IMG/VR virus record: IMGVR_UViG_3300020042_005582
Coordinates: 1-30,743 of that record
Direction: 5' to 3' (one strand)
Source of the DNA: a virus
Lineage: Duplodnaviria; Caudoviricetes
DNA: 30,743 bases
The translations under genes were made by a program, and so were the position numbers. Under the pieces are notes generated by a model. It did no database searches. It had not been told where the DNA came from and saw nothing but the letters and a program-made list of their open reading frames with translations. This document shows, piece by piece, positions 8,106 to 17,537 of the stretch; within the stretch, counting starts at the first letter, position 1; each line of letters starts with the position of its first letter.

Positions 8106-8381
8106 ATGGCCGCGCTAATGCGCTTACGGGTCATACCTTCTGAGGGTGAAGCGTATGATGTGAATGTCACACCACTGGTGATTGTCTCCGCTGAACGTCA
8201 GTTTGGTAAGGGCATGCAACAGTTGTTTGGGGAATCAGCGTCATATGAAGCGTTGTGTTGGGCAGCATGGAAAGCCTCACATGTTTCAGGTCATGTTGTG
8301 AAACCGTTTGATGAATGGTTGCACGGCATCGACAGCATTGAAGCCGCTGAGGTCGATCGCGTCCCTTTGGGGATTCAATGA
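8106..8381 (+). CDS. Tail assembly chaperone (G-like)
   Basis: Follows the tail tube gene. Ends with the in-frame slippery heptamer C CCT TTG at 8363-8369. Confidence 0.8.
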   Translation: MAALMRLRVIPSEGEAYDVNVTPLVIVSAERQFGKGMQQLFGESASYEALCWAAWKASHVSGHVVKPFDEWLHGIDSIEAAEVDRVPLGIQ

Positions 8382-8509
8382 CATTGTTGGTGGCGCAGGT
8401 TGCTGTTGCCACAAGCATTGCCCCGAACGAATTGCTCCAAACCCCGCCTGACATATTTTTTGCAATCGTTGGCCTGTTGAAAGAACAGGCACGCAATAAC
8501 GCGAGGTAG
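8363..8509 (+). CDS. Tail assembly chaperone -1 frameshift extension (GT-like)
   Basis: The -1 frame from CCCTTTG reads PFGDSMTLLVAQVAVATSIAPNELLQTPPDIFFAIVGLLKEQARNNAR to TAG 8507-8509, a typical TAC extension. Confidence 0.75.
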   Translation, partial: PFGDSMTLLVAQVAVATSIAPNELLQTPPDIFFAIVGLLKEQARNNAR

Positions 8510-8515
8510 ACAAAA

Positions 8516-9106
8516 ATGGCTTTGGGCATCGAACAGGTACAGGCAAACAAGGCAGAGTTCGATGCCCAAATTGCCATTTTGGGATATGACGTTTTTGTTG
8601 CTCAGATGAAAAGGCTTACGCCTGAACTTCTGAAAGAAATGAATCGCGAAATCAACTATGTGCTGAAACCCATTGCCAATAAAGCAAAAGGGTTTGTGCC
8701 TGCACAACCACTGTCAGGTTGGAACTACGGGGGAAACGGTGAACGCTACCCCGGCACTTCACCATTGGCCAAATCAAAAGGCAGCAGCGGTTTGCCATAC
8801 TGGAATGACTCTTTAGCGCGTGCGGGTGTCAAAGTGAAAAGGGGGGGCAGACAACAAAAAGGATCGTTCACAAAGGATTCGTGGTCCCTTCTGAGCAGTT
8901 CGCCATCCGGTGCAGCATTTGAATTCATAGGTGTTGGTTCGCCAAACGCTTTTGTGAACGCCGTGAAACGCAACCACGGCAAACCGGGCAGATTGCTTTG
9001 GCGTGCATGGGATGAAAGCAACGGTGAAGAAAAAGTACGATCACGAATCGTGATGATCATTGACGATTATCAGCGCGCGTTCATGGATGAATACAACCGG
9101 AAGTGA
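8516..9106 (+). CDS. Hypothetical virion morphogenesis protein (possibly HK97 gp10-like tail completion protein)
   Basis: Basic 196-aa ORF with SD GAGGT and a GRLLWRAWD motif. Function inferred from position and weak resemblance only. Confidence 0.5.
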   Translation: MALGIEQVQANKAEFDAQIAILGYDVFVAQMKRLTPELLKEMNREINYVLKPIANKAKGFVPAQPLSGWNYGGNGERYPGTSPLAKSKGSSGLPYWNDSLARAGVKVKRGGRQQKGSFTKDSWSLLSSSPSGAAFEFIGVGSPNAFVNAVKRNHGKPGRLLWRAWDESNGEEKVRSRIVMIIDDYQRAFMDEYNRK

Positions 9107-9112
9107 GTTTTT

Positions 9113-11773
9113 GTGGCAATCAAAATTCCGATCACAACAAGTTTTGACCGCAAGGGCGTAGAACAAGCGCAAGCGGAAATGGCAAAACTTTCCGGTGCTG
9201 TTGGGCAGACACAAAGCAAAATTGCTCAGCACGCAAAAATGGTTGCCGCGTCCGTTGGGGCTGCCGCAATCGGTATTGGTATTGCAGGTGCAACCGCATT
9301 CATCGGTTTTGAAAAATCAATGAATGAGGTGTTCACACTTATCCCCGGCACCTCGCAACAGGCGATGGATGCCATGACGGGGGACGTGAAGAAGTTTTCA
9401 AAAGAATTTGGTGTTTTGCCTGACGCTGTTGTGCCAGCGTTGTATCAGTCCTTATCAGCGGGTATTCCTCAGGGAAATGTTTTTGAGTTTCTTGAAACCG
9501 CACAGAAGGCCGCAAAGGGTGGTGTCACTGATCTGACCACAGCAGTGAATGGCATTTCATCTGTGATGAATGCCTACGGTGCAGAAACGCTCAGTGCAAC
9601 GCAGGCATCCGATCTGATGTTCACTGCCGTGCGTATGGGCAAAACCACGTTTGGAGAAATGTCAGCGGCATTGTTTCAAGTAACACCAACCGCAGCCGCG
9701 TTGGGTGTGAAGTTCGGTGACGTGACCGCAGCCCTCGCATCAATGACTGCACAGGGCGTTCCAACGTCTGTTGCCACCACACAGTTGCGCCAGTTGTTTG
9801 TTGAACTTTCCAAAGAAGGCACCAAAACATCGGACGTGTTTGAAAAGGTTGCGGGCAAATCATTCAAGGCTTTTGTTGCAGAAGGCGGCAACACGCAGCA
9901 GGCTTTGCAACTTCTTGAAAAGTACGCAGGCAAAACCAACGTTGGTGTCAACGATTTGTTTGGTTCTGTTGAAGCCGGTTCCGCTGCCCTATCGCTTACC
10001 GGTAAGGGAACAGAAACGTTTTCAAAGAACCTTGCGGAAATGGACAAATCTGCCGGTGCAACTGAGGGTGCGTTCACAACCATGAACAAAGGTCTAGGGC
10101 CTTTGGTTGACAAAGTAAAAGCGTTTGGGTCTGTTCTCCTCATTGACATTGGTCAGAAAATTGCACCAATCATCATTGAAATTGCTGGATCGTTTCAGGC
10201 ATTGTTTGCAGCCTTCAAAGCGGGTGATGGCGATGTCACCTCATCAGGCCTTGCCGGTGCGTTTGAACGCATCGGCTTTGTTGCGCGCAATGTGTTTGAC
10301 ACGCTGAAACCAATTGTTGTTGAAATCATTGGATCGTTGCGCGCGTTCTTTGCCGCATTCATGTCAGGCAACGGTGATGTCACTTCTTCGGGCCTTGCTG
10401 GAACATTTGAACGCATTGGCAATTTTGCGCGTGATGCGTTTGATCTTGCTGTTAGCGGCATCAAATTGTTGAAAGACAATCTTGAAATTGTTGTGCCAAT
10501 TGTTGGCACACTCACCACGGCTTTTTTGCTTTACAAAACTTATTTGTTGGTAACTGCAACCGCAACACGAATTGCCGCTGCCGCTCAGGGTGCATACAAC
10601 GCAGTTTTGCTTGCAAACCCAATTGGGCTTTTGGTTGTTGCAATAGCGTTGCTGGTCGCTGCAATCATTATCCTGTGGCGCAATTGGGATAAAGTTTTCA
10701 ACTGGATCAAAGAACACAAAGCGTTTGCAATTATCATTAGCATTCTTGGCGGTCCCATATTGTTGACAGTTTTTGCCCTTGTCGCTGCTGGTAAGTTTTT
10801 GCAGGCCAATTGGAAAACTATTTGGGCAGGTATTCAGACTGCAATTCAGTTTGCGTGGGGTTACATCGAACCCGTTTGGAACGGGATCATGTCATTCATC
10901 ACCAATGCATTGATTCCCGCACTGTCATTTTTGGGCCAAAGGGCAGTTCAAATATGGGGGCTGATCAGCACAGTCATTGATTTTGTGTGGAATAACGTCA
11001 TCAAACCAATTTTTGAAATTCTTGTGTTTTATGTGACAAAAATTTTGATCCCAATTTTCCAAACCATTGGTGCAGTTGTTGGGTTTGTATGGTCTGAAAT
11101 TGCGGAAGCAATCAACCGGGTTTGGGAAAACATTATTGAACCGGTGTGGAATGCCATTTTTGGTTTCATCGCTGATTATCTTGTGCCATATTTCAAATTG
11201 TTGTTGGCTATTGCACAAACAGTATTCAGCGCAATTGGTGATGTGATCAGTTACGTTTGGAACAACCTGATCAGCCCTGCATTTGAAGCAATCAAAACGG
11301 GCATTGCAACAGTTTGGGGATTTTTCCAAACTGCAAAAGATATCATTGGCACCGTGTTTTCAAACATTGCCGATGCAATCAGCGGTCCATTCAAAACAGC
11401 ATTCAACTTTATTTCAGATGCATGGAACAACACCGTTGGAAAACTTCGATGGGATGTCCCTGATTGGGTGCCGTTTATTGGTGGCAAAACAATCAGTGTT
11501 CCACAACTGCCGCATTTCGCTGATGGTGGCATGTTCAATACCGCAATGGGTGGCGGTTCGGGCCTCGCCGTGTTGCATGATAACGAAATGATTTTGAACC
11601 CGCAGCAACAAAAAGCGTTGTTTGCTGGCAAAGGAATTGGCGGTGGCGGTTCTGTCTACAACATCAACGTGAGTGTTTCACCGACCGCAGACAAAGCATC
11701 CATTGGGCAATCCATTGTTGAATCAATTGCAGCGTATGAACGCCGTGCCGGTGATGGGTGGCGTGCGGCATGA
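9113..11773 (+). CDS. Tape measure protein (TP901-family core)
   Basis: 886 aa, Ala/Gly-rich. Motifs ALYQSLSAG, AVRMGKTTFGEM and LFGSVEA; W/F-periodic C-terminal repeats; FADGG..AVLHDNEMILNP. Confidence 0.95.
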   Translation: MAIKIPITTSFDRKGVEQAQAEMAKLSGAVGQTQSKIAQHAKMVAASVGAAAIGIGIAGATAFIGFEKSMNEVFTLIPGTSQQAMDAMTGDVKKFSKEFGVLPDAVVPALYQSLSAGIPQGNVFEFLETAQKAAKGGVTDLTTAVNGISSVMNAYGAETLSATQASDLMFTAVRMGKTTFGEMSAALFQVTPTAAALGVKFGDVTAALASMTAQGVPTSVATTQLRQLFVELSKEGTKTSDVFEKVAGKSFKAFVAEGGNTQQALQLLEKYAGKTNVGVNDLFGSVEAGSAALSLTGKGTETFSKNLAEMDKSAGATEGAFTTMNKGLGPLVDKVKAFGSVLLIDIGQKIAPIIIEIAGSFQALFAAFKAGDGDVTSSGLAGAFERIGFVARNVFDTLKPIVVEIIGSLRAFFAAFMSGNGDVTSSGLAGTFERIGNFARDAFDLAVSGIKLLKDNLEIVVPIVGTLTTAFLLYKTYLLVTATATRIAAAAQGAYNAVLLANPIGLLVVAIALLVAAIIILWRNWDKVFNWIKEHKAFAIIISILGGPILLTVFALVAAGKFLQANWKTIWAGIQTAIQFAWGYIEPVWNGIMSFITNALIPALSFLGQRAVQIWGLISTVIDFVWNNVIKPIFEILVFYVTKILIPIFQTIGAVVGFVWSEIAEAINRVWENIIEPVWNAIFGFIADYLVPYFKLLLAIAQTVFSAIGDVISYVWNNLISPAFEAIKTGIATVWGFFQTAKDIIGTVFSNIADAISGPFKTAFNFISDAWNNTVGKLRWDVPDWVPFIGGKTISVPQLPHFADGGMFNTAMGGGSGLAVLHDNEMILNPQQQKALFAGKGIGGGGSVYNINVSVSPTADKASIGQSIVESIAAYERRAGDGWRAA
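10178..10444 (+). repeat. Tandem 48-aa (144-bp) degenerate repeat inside the tape measure gene
   Basis: EIAGSFQALFAAFKAGDGDVTSSGLAGAFERIGFVARNVFD versus EIIGSLRAFFAAFMSGNGDVTSSGLAGTFERIGNFARDAFD. Confidence 0.85.
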
Positions 11774-13725
11774 CAGCAACAATTGCTGATGGTGTTGTGT
11801 TCACTGTTGAAATTGGTTTCAGCACGTCATCAGGTTCGGGCAAAGTTCCGTTGGGTTCCACACTGGCATCAATCAACTGGACTGACGTGAGCGCATATGT
11901 GCGTGGCGTTACAACCAACCGGGGCCGTTCATCTGAATTGGATTCATTCCAAACAGGTTCAGCATCAATCACGTTTTCAAACGCTGATCGGCGTTTTGAT
12001 CCTGAATACACGGCAGGCCCCTACTACGGGACATTGACCCCTTTGCGCCCTGTTCGTATCCGTGCGCAATATGGTGCAGGTTCAACCACCAACCTGTTCT
12101 TTGGTTGGATTGATGGGTGGCCGCAAACCTATGAACTTACGTTTGATTCAACTGTCACCGTCACCGCATCTGATGCATTCAAACTGTTGAACCTGATCAC
12201 CCTTGATTCCTATTATGCGTACTATGCGCAAACGTTGATGGACACATCGGGTTCATGGTTTCGCATGGATGATGGCGATGATTCATCTGTTGCGATTGCA
12301 GCATTCACAGCAGGGGCAAATCAGGGTGCAGGGCAATATTTGGATACAAACGGAGAGGCAACCACTTCAGTTTCAGCGGCAAGTTTGACTGCAAACGAAA
12401 CAAACCTTGCGGCTGTATTTGATGGCACCCGTTCCGTGGCAGTGCCCGCTTCACCGTCTTATCCCCTATTTTCAATTATCGCAAACCAAACATCAGTTTG
12501 GTTTTCATCAACCACAACTGTTGATGGAACATACGGAATTTTTGATGATGGCTACGGGTCAACCATTGTGATGGTTGTCAGTGCAGGTGTTGGAACTATT
12601 GAATGCACGTCAAGCCGCAATGACACGGTGCCGCCATCGACAAGCACAACAACCACCGTTTGGGTTTCAACCGCCACAGTGAATGATGGCAAACCGCATC
12701 ATGTGGCGGTTTCGTGGGATCAGGCAGTGGATGGGTATTGCCGGGTTGACAATGTTGCATTGGCACGGTTCAGCACAGGTACATACAACCAACGCGGCGG
12801 CTATGCAATCAGGTCCATTGGAACAGCAATCAGGCCCGGGTACACCATTCTGAATTTCATTGGAACCATTGATGAGGTTTTGACATGGGGCGGAGATACA
12901 ACAACAACTGCCGCTTCAAATCTTTACAAAATGGGTAAGGGCACCTACGGGTTGGGAAACCTGACAAGCACACAAATTGGTTTGGTGCTTGACATGATCC
13001 AGTGGATGACTGACGGCACATCCATTTCAACCGGTTCAGGCAAAACATCTGCAATCAATGTTCAAGGTTCAACCGCATTGTCAGCATTGCAAACATGGGA
13101 AACTGCTGAACAGGGAAAGTTTTTTGTTGATGCATCTGGCCTTTTGAAATTCATTGGCCGCAATGCCCTTTCAACCCAAAGCATCTACACGATCAGCCAA
13201 CGCACATACGGTGATGGTTCTGGTGAACTGCCATATGTTGGTTTTGAATCATCGTATGATGATCGACTCATTTACAATGTTGTTTCAGGCAACCGGGTGA
13301 ATGGGCCTGTGATCACAACGCAGGACACCGTTTCGCAGGGTGAATATTTTATTCGTGCGAACAACTTATCTGATTTGGATGTTTCAAACAATCAACAGGT
13401 TTTGGATATTGTGTCTGATCGGTTGTACCGATATTCACAACCCAAATACCGGGTATCATCAATCGCTATCAATCCGCAGGCCAACCCTGCATCATTGTAT
13501 CCGGCAGTGATTGGTGATGAGATTGGCACACGCGTCACGGTGAAACGTCGTCCGCAAAATGTTGGTTCAGTAATTTCACAGCAACTATCAATCGAAGGCA
13601 TCCAACATTCCATCACCCCGGATTCATGGCAAACAAACTATTTGTTGGCACCTGCGATTGGTGTTTATTTCACACTTGATTCAGCAACGTTTGGTGTTCT
13701 TGATTCCAACGTTCTTGGCTACTGA
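11770..13725 (+). CDS. Minor tail / baseplate hub protein with inserted LamG/concanavalin-like domain
   Basis: N-terminal WTDVSAYVR..RGRSSELD..NADRRFDP; central NDGKPHHVAVSWD and FIGTIDEV (LamG-like); C-terminal IEGIQHSITPDSW. ATGA overlap with the tape measure gene. Confidence 0.8.
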   Translation: MTATIADGVVFTVEIGFSTSSGSGKVPLGSTLASINWTDVSAYVRGVTTNRGRSSELDSFQTGSASITFSNADRRFDPEYTAGPYYGTLTPLRPVRIRAQYGAGSTTNLFFGWIDGWPQTYELTFDSTVTVTASDAFKLLNLITLDSYYAYYAQTLMDTSGSWFRMDDGDDSSVAIAAFTAGANQGAGQYLDTNGEATTSVSAASLTANETNLAAVFDGTRSVAVPASPSYPLFSIIANQTSVWFSSTTTVDGTYGIFDDGYGSTIVMVVSAGVGTIECTSSRNDTVPPSTSTTTTVWVSTATVNDGKPHHVAVSWDQAVDGYCRVDNVALARFSTGTYNQRGGYAIRSIGTAIRPGYTILNFIGTIDEVLTWGGDTTTTAASNLYKMGKGTYGLGNLTSTQIGLVLDMIQWMTDGTSISTGSGKTSAINVQGSTALSALQTWETAEQGKFFVDASGLLKFIGRNALSTQSIYTISQRTYGDGSGELPYVGFESSYDDRLIYNVVSGNRVNGPVITTQDTVSQGEYFIRANNLSDLDVSNNQQVLDIVSDRLYRYSQPKYRVSSIAINPQANPASLYPAVIGDEIGTRVTVKRRPQNVGSVISQQLSIEGIQHSITPDSWQTNYLLAPAIGVYFTLDSATFGVLDSNVLGY

Positions 13726-13736
13726 AGGGGAAACCT

Positions 13737-14366
13737 ATGGGTTCCGGTTTTCGTACATTTGCAGCGTCAGAAATTCTTACTGCTGCAAATGTCAACAACT
13801 ATTTGATGACACAATCAGTGATGTCATTTGCATCAGCATTAGCGCGTGATGCTGCAATCACTGCACCCGCTGAAGGTATGGTGGCGGTGTTGCAAGATGA
13901 GAACGTAACTACCATTTACAGCGGTACGGCATGGATTCGTTTTGTTCAATACGGTGCTGGTTCTACTTACACACCTACGTTGACAGGTTCAACAACTAAC
14001 CCCACACAAGGCACAACCGGGTTTCCTGAAGCGTTCGGTGCGTATTCCCAAAACGGAAACATTGTCACCGGGCACGCTAGATTTGCAGCAGGTGCAACAG
14101 GTGCAGCGATTGGTAGTGGCAACTATCAGTTTTTGTTGCCAGTCAGTTGCAAAATTGGTGGAACCTTCCCAACACGCGGCACAGTTATTGGCAGCGGCTA
14201 CTACACAGACGCATCAGCGGCAACCGCAAACTATGTTTGCACCGTGATCGCGACCAATGCCACCTTTGCAATTCTGAAAACTGTTGCAGGCACCATTGGT
14301 TCAACCCTTCCCGGTTGGGCAAACAACGACGTCATCCAAATACATTTCACCTATGAAGCAGCGTGA
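13737..14366 (+). CDS. Minor tail / tail fibre-like protein
   Basis: N-terminus FRTFAASEILTAANVNNYLM..ARDAAITAPAEGM resembles actinophage minor tail proteins. Beta-rich C-terminus ending FTYEAA. Confidence 0.7.
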   Translation: MGSGFRTFAASEILTAANVNNYLMTQSVMSFASALARDAAITAPAEGMVAVLQDENVTTIYSGTAWIRFVQYGAGSTYTPTLTGSTTNPTQGTTGFPEAFGAYSQNGNIVTGHARFAAGATGAAIGSGNYQFLLPVSCKIGGTFPTRGTVIGSGYYTDASAATANYVCTVIATNATFAILKTVAGTIGSTLPGWANNDVIQIHFTYEAA

Positions 14367-15424
14367 CCATGTTCTACCTAATTGATAACCCGCCAGCGTC
14401 ACCACAATTTCACACTTCACGCAACAACGGTATTTCAGGTGGTGTTGTAATCCACACCACAGAAGGTGCCGGGGGTGACACTGCCGCAGAGAACACCGCA
14501 GCGTTCATTGCACGCCGTTCTGATCCCGGTTCATACCACATGATTGTTGATACAGATTCAAGCGTTGCAATGATGCCTGACGAATACACCGCGTTTGGTG
14601 TGGCCGCGTCAGGTTTCAATTCAACGTGTTGGATGATTGCCATTGCAGCAGTGTCATCAGATTTGAATGGTGAGGACTCGCGAACACTGGCAGAGATTGA
14701 CCGTATGGGTGCGGAGATTGTCGCATTTTGGCGGCGCAACAACATTGACATTGCGGCAGCGTCACAGTTCATTGGTGATGATGTGAAGGTGCGGCCCGGG
14801 TTGGCTCATCACGGCGATGTTCAACCTGCTGACCGTTCTGATGCGTGGTCGCGACGCGCTGACCGTTGGGTTTTTGATTCTCTACTGTTGCAAGCGATTG
14901 AACGTCATAGTGGTGAACAGCCTGTTGCACCGCCTGTGCCGACACCGCCAACCCCTGACCCTGCCGGGTCTGTATGGGGCCCCGGTGCAACTGGTGACAA
15001 GGTGCGTGAAATCCAAAACATTGTTGGCGTTCCACAGGATGGAATTTACGGGCCACAAACTGAATCAGCGGTGCGGCAGTGGCAAACCAACCTGAACGTT
15101 CCCGCTGATGGGTTTTGGGGTCCGCTCACCGCAGGCGCAACGTATGACCTGTTTGTTTTTTTGAACAATCTGCCTGCTGTTGCACCAACCAATCCGTGGT
15201 TGCAAGTGTTGAACAATGCGCGTGCGCAGGTTGTGCGTGTCGGTTCAACTGGTGATGCGGTAAGGATTGCGCAGGGCCTTTTCAATTCAAAGGGGTATGC
15301 GCTTATTGCTGATGGTGTTTTTGGTCCGGCAACTGACAATGCAACACGACGTTTTCAATCTGATCACGGTTTGGGTGTTGATGGCATTGTTGGTTCACAA
15401 ACTTGGGATGCGTTGGTGGCATGA
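14363..15424 (+). CDS. Endolysin: N-acetylmuramoyl-L-alanine amidase with peptidoglycan-binding domains
   Basis: Amidase_2-like VVIHTTEG, SYH and HHGDV; Pro-rich linker; PG_binding_1 repeats DGIYGPQT, DGFWGPLT, DGVFGPAT and DGIVGSQTW. Confidence 0.9.
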   Translation: MTMFYLIDNPPASPQFHTSRNNGISGGVVIHTTEGAGGDTAAENTAAFIARRSDPGSYHMIVDTDSSVAMMPDEYTAFGVAASGFNSTCWMIAIAAVSSDLNGEDSRTLAEIDRMGAEIVAFWRRNNIDIAAASQFIGDDVKVRPGLAHHGDVQPADRSDAWSRRADRWVFDSLLLQAIERHSGEQPVAPPVPTPPTPDPAGSVWGPGATGDKVREIQNIVGVPQDGIYGPQTESAVRQWQTNLNVPADGFWGPLTAGATYDLFVFLNNLPAVAPTNPWLQVLNNARAQVVRVGSTGDAVRIAQGLFNSKGYALIADGVFGPATDNATRRFQSDHGLGVDGIVGSQTWDALVA

Positions 15425-15427
15425 CCG

Positions 15428-15724
15428 ATGTTTGCACAAACAATCATTGACACCCCCGGTTTTGGTGCCGCAGAATGGATTGCGATTTTCAGTGGCATCA
15501 GCCTTGTGGTTGGTGCAATCACTGCATTGATCATTCAAATTGTGCGGTTGCGTAATGAGAACACAGAACAACATGCCGACAACCGGCAGGTTGTTGTTGA
15601 CGTTCGTGATCGTCTGTTGGATTTGCACCAGTCTGTTGAACGTGTTGATGGCAAGGTTGAAAACCTTGACGTGCGATTAGACAGGCATGAGAATGTCCAT
15701 CACCGCGGCAAGCGGCGTTGGTAG
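15428..15724 (+). CDS. Membrane protein of the lysis cassette (one TM helix plus coiled coil; holin-like)
   Basis: Hydrophobic WIAIFSGISLVVGAITALII followed by a heptad-rich tail. Directly after the endolysin. Confidence 0.6.
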   Translation: MFAQTIIDTPGFGAAEWIAIFSGISLVVGAITALIIQIVRLRNENTEQHADNRQVVVDVRDRLLDLHQSVERVDGKVENLDVRLDRHENVHHRGKRRW

Positions 15725-15752
15725 TCCTATCCGCTATTGATCGGGCAAGGGT

Positions 15753-16571
15753 ATGACAGATCAGAAACCACGCACACATTTGGTGATCCCTGACACGCAA
15801 GCGAAACCGGGCACACCCAATGATGCGTTGGGTTGGGTTGGTCAATACATAGTTGAGAAACAACCTGATGTGATTGTGCATTTGGGTGATCATTTCGATG
15901 GGCCTAGTTTGTCATCGTATGATGTGGGCAAAAAAGATTTTGAAGGCCGCAGATATCGTGACGATGTTGATGCAGCCAACCTTGCGTTTGATGTGTTGTG
16001 TGAACCAATGGAAACACACAACCGCCGCAAGGTGAAACAAAACAAAAAGCAATACAAACCTGAACTGATCATGTTGCATGGCAACCATGAACACCGGATA
16101 CAGCGGGCCATTGATGATGATGCCGCACATTTGGATGGCATCATCAGTTTGGATGATCTGAATTATGCATCACACGGTTGGCAGGTTGTTCCGTTTCTGA
16201 AACCTGTTTGTGTTGATGGTGTTTGGTATGCCCACTATTGGGCGAACCCTATGACGGGCAGACCGTTTGGGGGCAATGCCACTACACGGTTGAAACAGGT
16301 GGGCCATAGTTTCACAATGGGCCATCAACAGGTTTTGGATTATGCAATCAGGTTTGTTGCGGGCCGTTCGCAACATGCGTTGATTGCTGGCAGTTGTTAT
16401 TTGCACCACGAAAAATATTTAGGTGAGCAGGGCAACCATCATTGGCGCGGTTGCATTGTGAAACATCAGGTTGAAGATGGTTCATATGATCCGATGTTTG
16501 TCAGTCTTGATTATTTGTGCAGACGTTTTGAAGGTGTCCCATTGGCCAAATTTATGGCCCCGAAATTCTGA
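15753..16571 (+). CDS. Calcineurin-like metallophosphoesterase
   Basis: Motifs VIPDTQ, HLGDHFD, HGNHEHR, YAH and MGHQQ. Confidence 0.88.
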   Translation: MTDQKPRTHLVIPDTQAKPGTPNDALGWVGQYIVEKQPDVIVHLGDHFDGPSLSSYDVGKKDFEGRRYRDDVDAANLAFDVLCEPMETHNRRKVKQNKKQYKPELIMLHGNHEHRIQRAIDDDAAHLDGIISLDDLNYASHGWQVVPFLKPVCVDGVWYAHYWANPMTGRPFGGNATTRLKQVGHSFTMGHQQVLDYAIRFVAGRSQHALIAGSCYLHHEKYLGEQGNHHWRGCIVKHQVEDGSYDPMFVSLDYLCRRFEGVPLAKFMAPKF

Positions 16572-16581
16572 AGGATTTGAT

Positions 16582-16851
16582 ATGTCAATTTCATCTGCTG
16601 TTGTTTCTGTTGGTACTGCCGTGACTGCGTTATCGGTTGCGGAAACTGACCCCCTGCCACGGTTCACAATTGCTCTTTACAATGCTGGTACGGCAACTGT
16701 TTATGTTGGGGCATCTAATGTCACAACGGCAACAGGGTTTCCGTTGGCGGCTAGTGGCACCCTGTCAATCGATTGTGACAAGGCTGAGGGTGTTTATGGC
16801 ATTGTTGCCACTGGCACGGTGTCTGTGAACTGTTTGTATCAGGGTGTGTGA
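16582..16851 (+). CDS. Small beta-rich hypothetical protein (possibly structural)
   Basis: ATG after SD AAGGA; sequence YNAGTATVYVGASNVTTATGFPL. Confidence 0.65.
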   Translation: MSISSAVVSVGTAVTALSVAETDPLPRFTIALYNAGTATVYVGASNVTTATGFPLAASGTLSIDCDKAEGVYGIVATGTVSVNCLYQGV

Positions 16852-17537
16852 TGCCTTCCATTAGAAGGTTCACAGGCAAACGCATTTTGGTTGGGCGTGT
16901 TGGTGGCGTGTATTCGCCACCTGCTGCCGCTAGTGGTCCGGAGTTCCGGTCGGCGTCATCCACGACGACGATCACCAACACAAGCGGAAATGGTTTCACT
17001 CTGACGGCACCGACCGGCACCACTGTAGGGGACGTTCTTATCGTGCAGATGTTTGTTGAGATCGACTCGAAGTCAGGCGTCGTGGGGACCACACCGGCTG
17101 GATGGACTCAGCAAGGAACCGGCGACGACACGAACTATGGGTTTCTTCCGTGGCGGACTTTCTCGCGCGTCGCTACCGGCACAGACTCGCTCGTCTGGTC
17201 AGGCGGTGCAAACTGGACAGGCGGGACTCTTCAAACAGCAATGATCGCAATTAGTGGAGCAACAGCCGTTGACGTTGCGGGAAGCGTTGCGACAAATGCC
17301 ACAGCGCCGTCAGTTACGACGACCACCGCTCCTACGTTGCTTGTCGGCAGTTACTTTACCTTTCAGAACTCAACGGCACCACCGGCCTCTATGACTTCAA
17401 GGGTGACTGTGACTCGGATCGGTGCATCCATAGTGATGGCAACGGAAAGCCTCGCCGCTAGTGGCGCTACCGGAACGCGTGTTTCACCGACCGCCTCAGG
17501 TCTGCTTCGTTACTCACAACTGATTGCGGTGAAATGA
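16848..17537 (+). CDS. Thr/Ser/Gly-rich hypothetical protein (possible fibre or surface-exposed domain)
   Basis: 229 aa with LTAPTGTTVGDVLIV..TPAGWT. Coupled to both neighbours by overlapping start/stop codons. Confidence 0.6.
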   Translation: MMPSIRRFTGKRILVGRVGGVYSPPAAASGPEFRSASSTTTITNTSGNGFTLTAPTGTTVGDVLIVQMFVEIDSKSGVVGTTPAGWTQQGTGDDTNYGFLPWRTFSRVATGTDSLVWSGGANWTGGTLQTAMIAISGATAVDVAGSVATNATAPSVTTTTAPTLLVGSYFTFQNSTAPPASMTSRVTVTRIGASIVMATESLAASGATGTRVSPTASGLLRYSQLIAVK

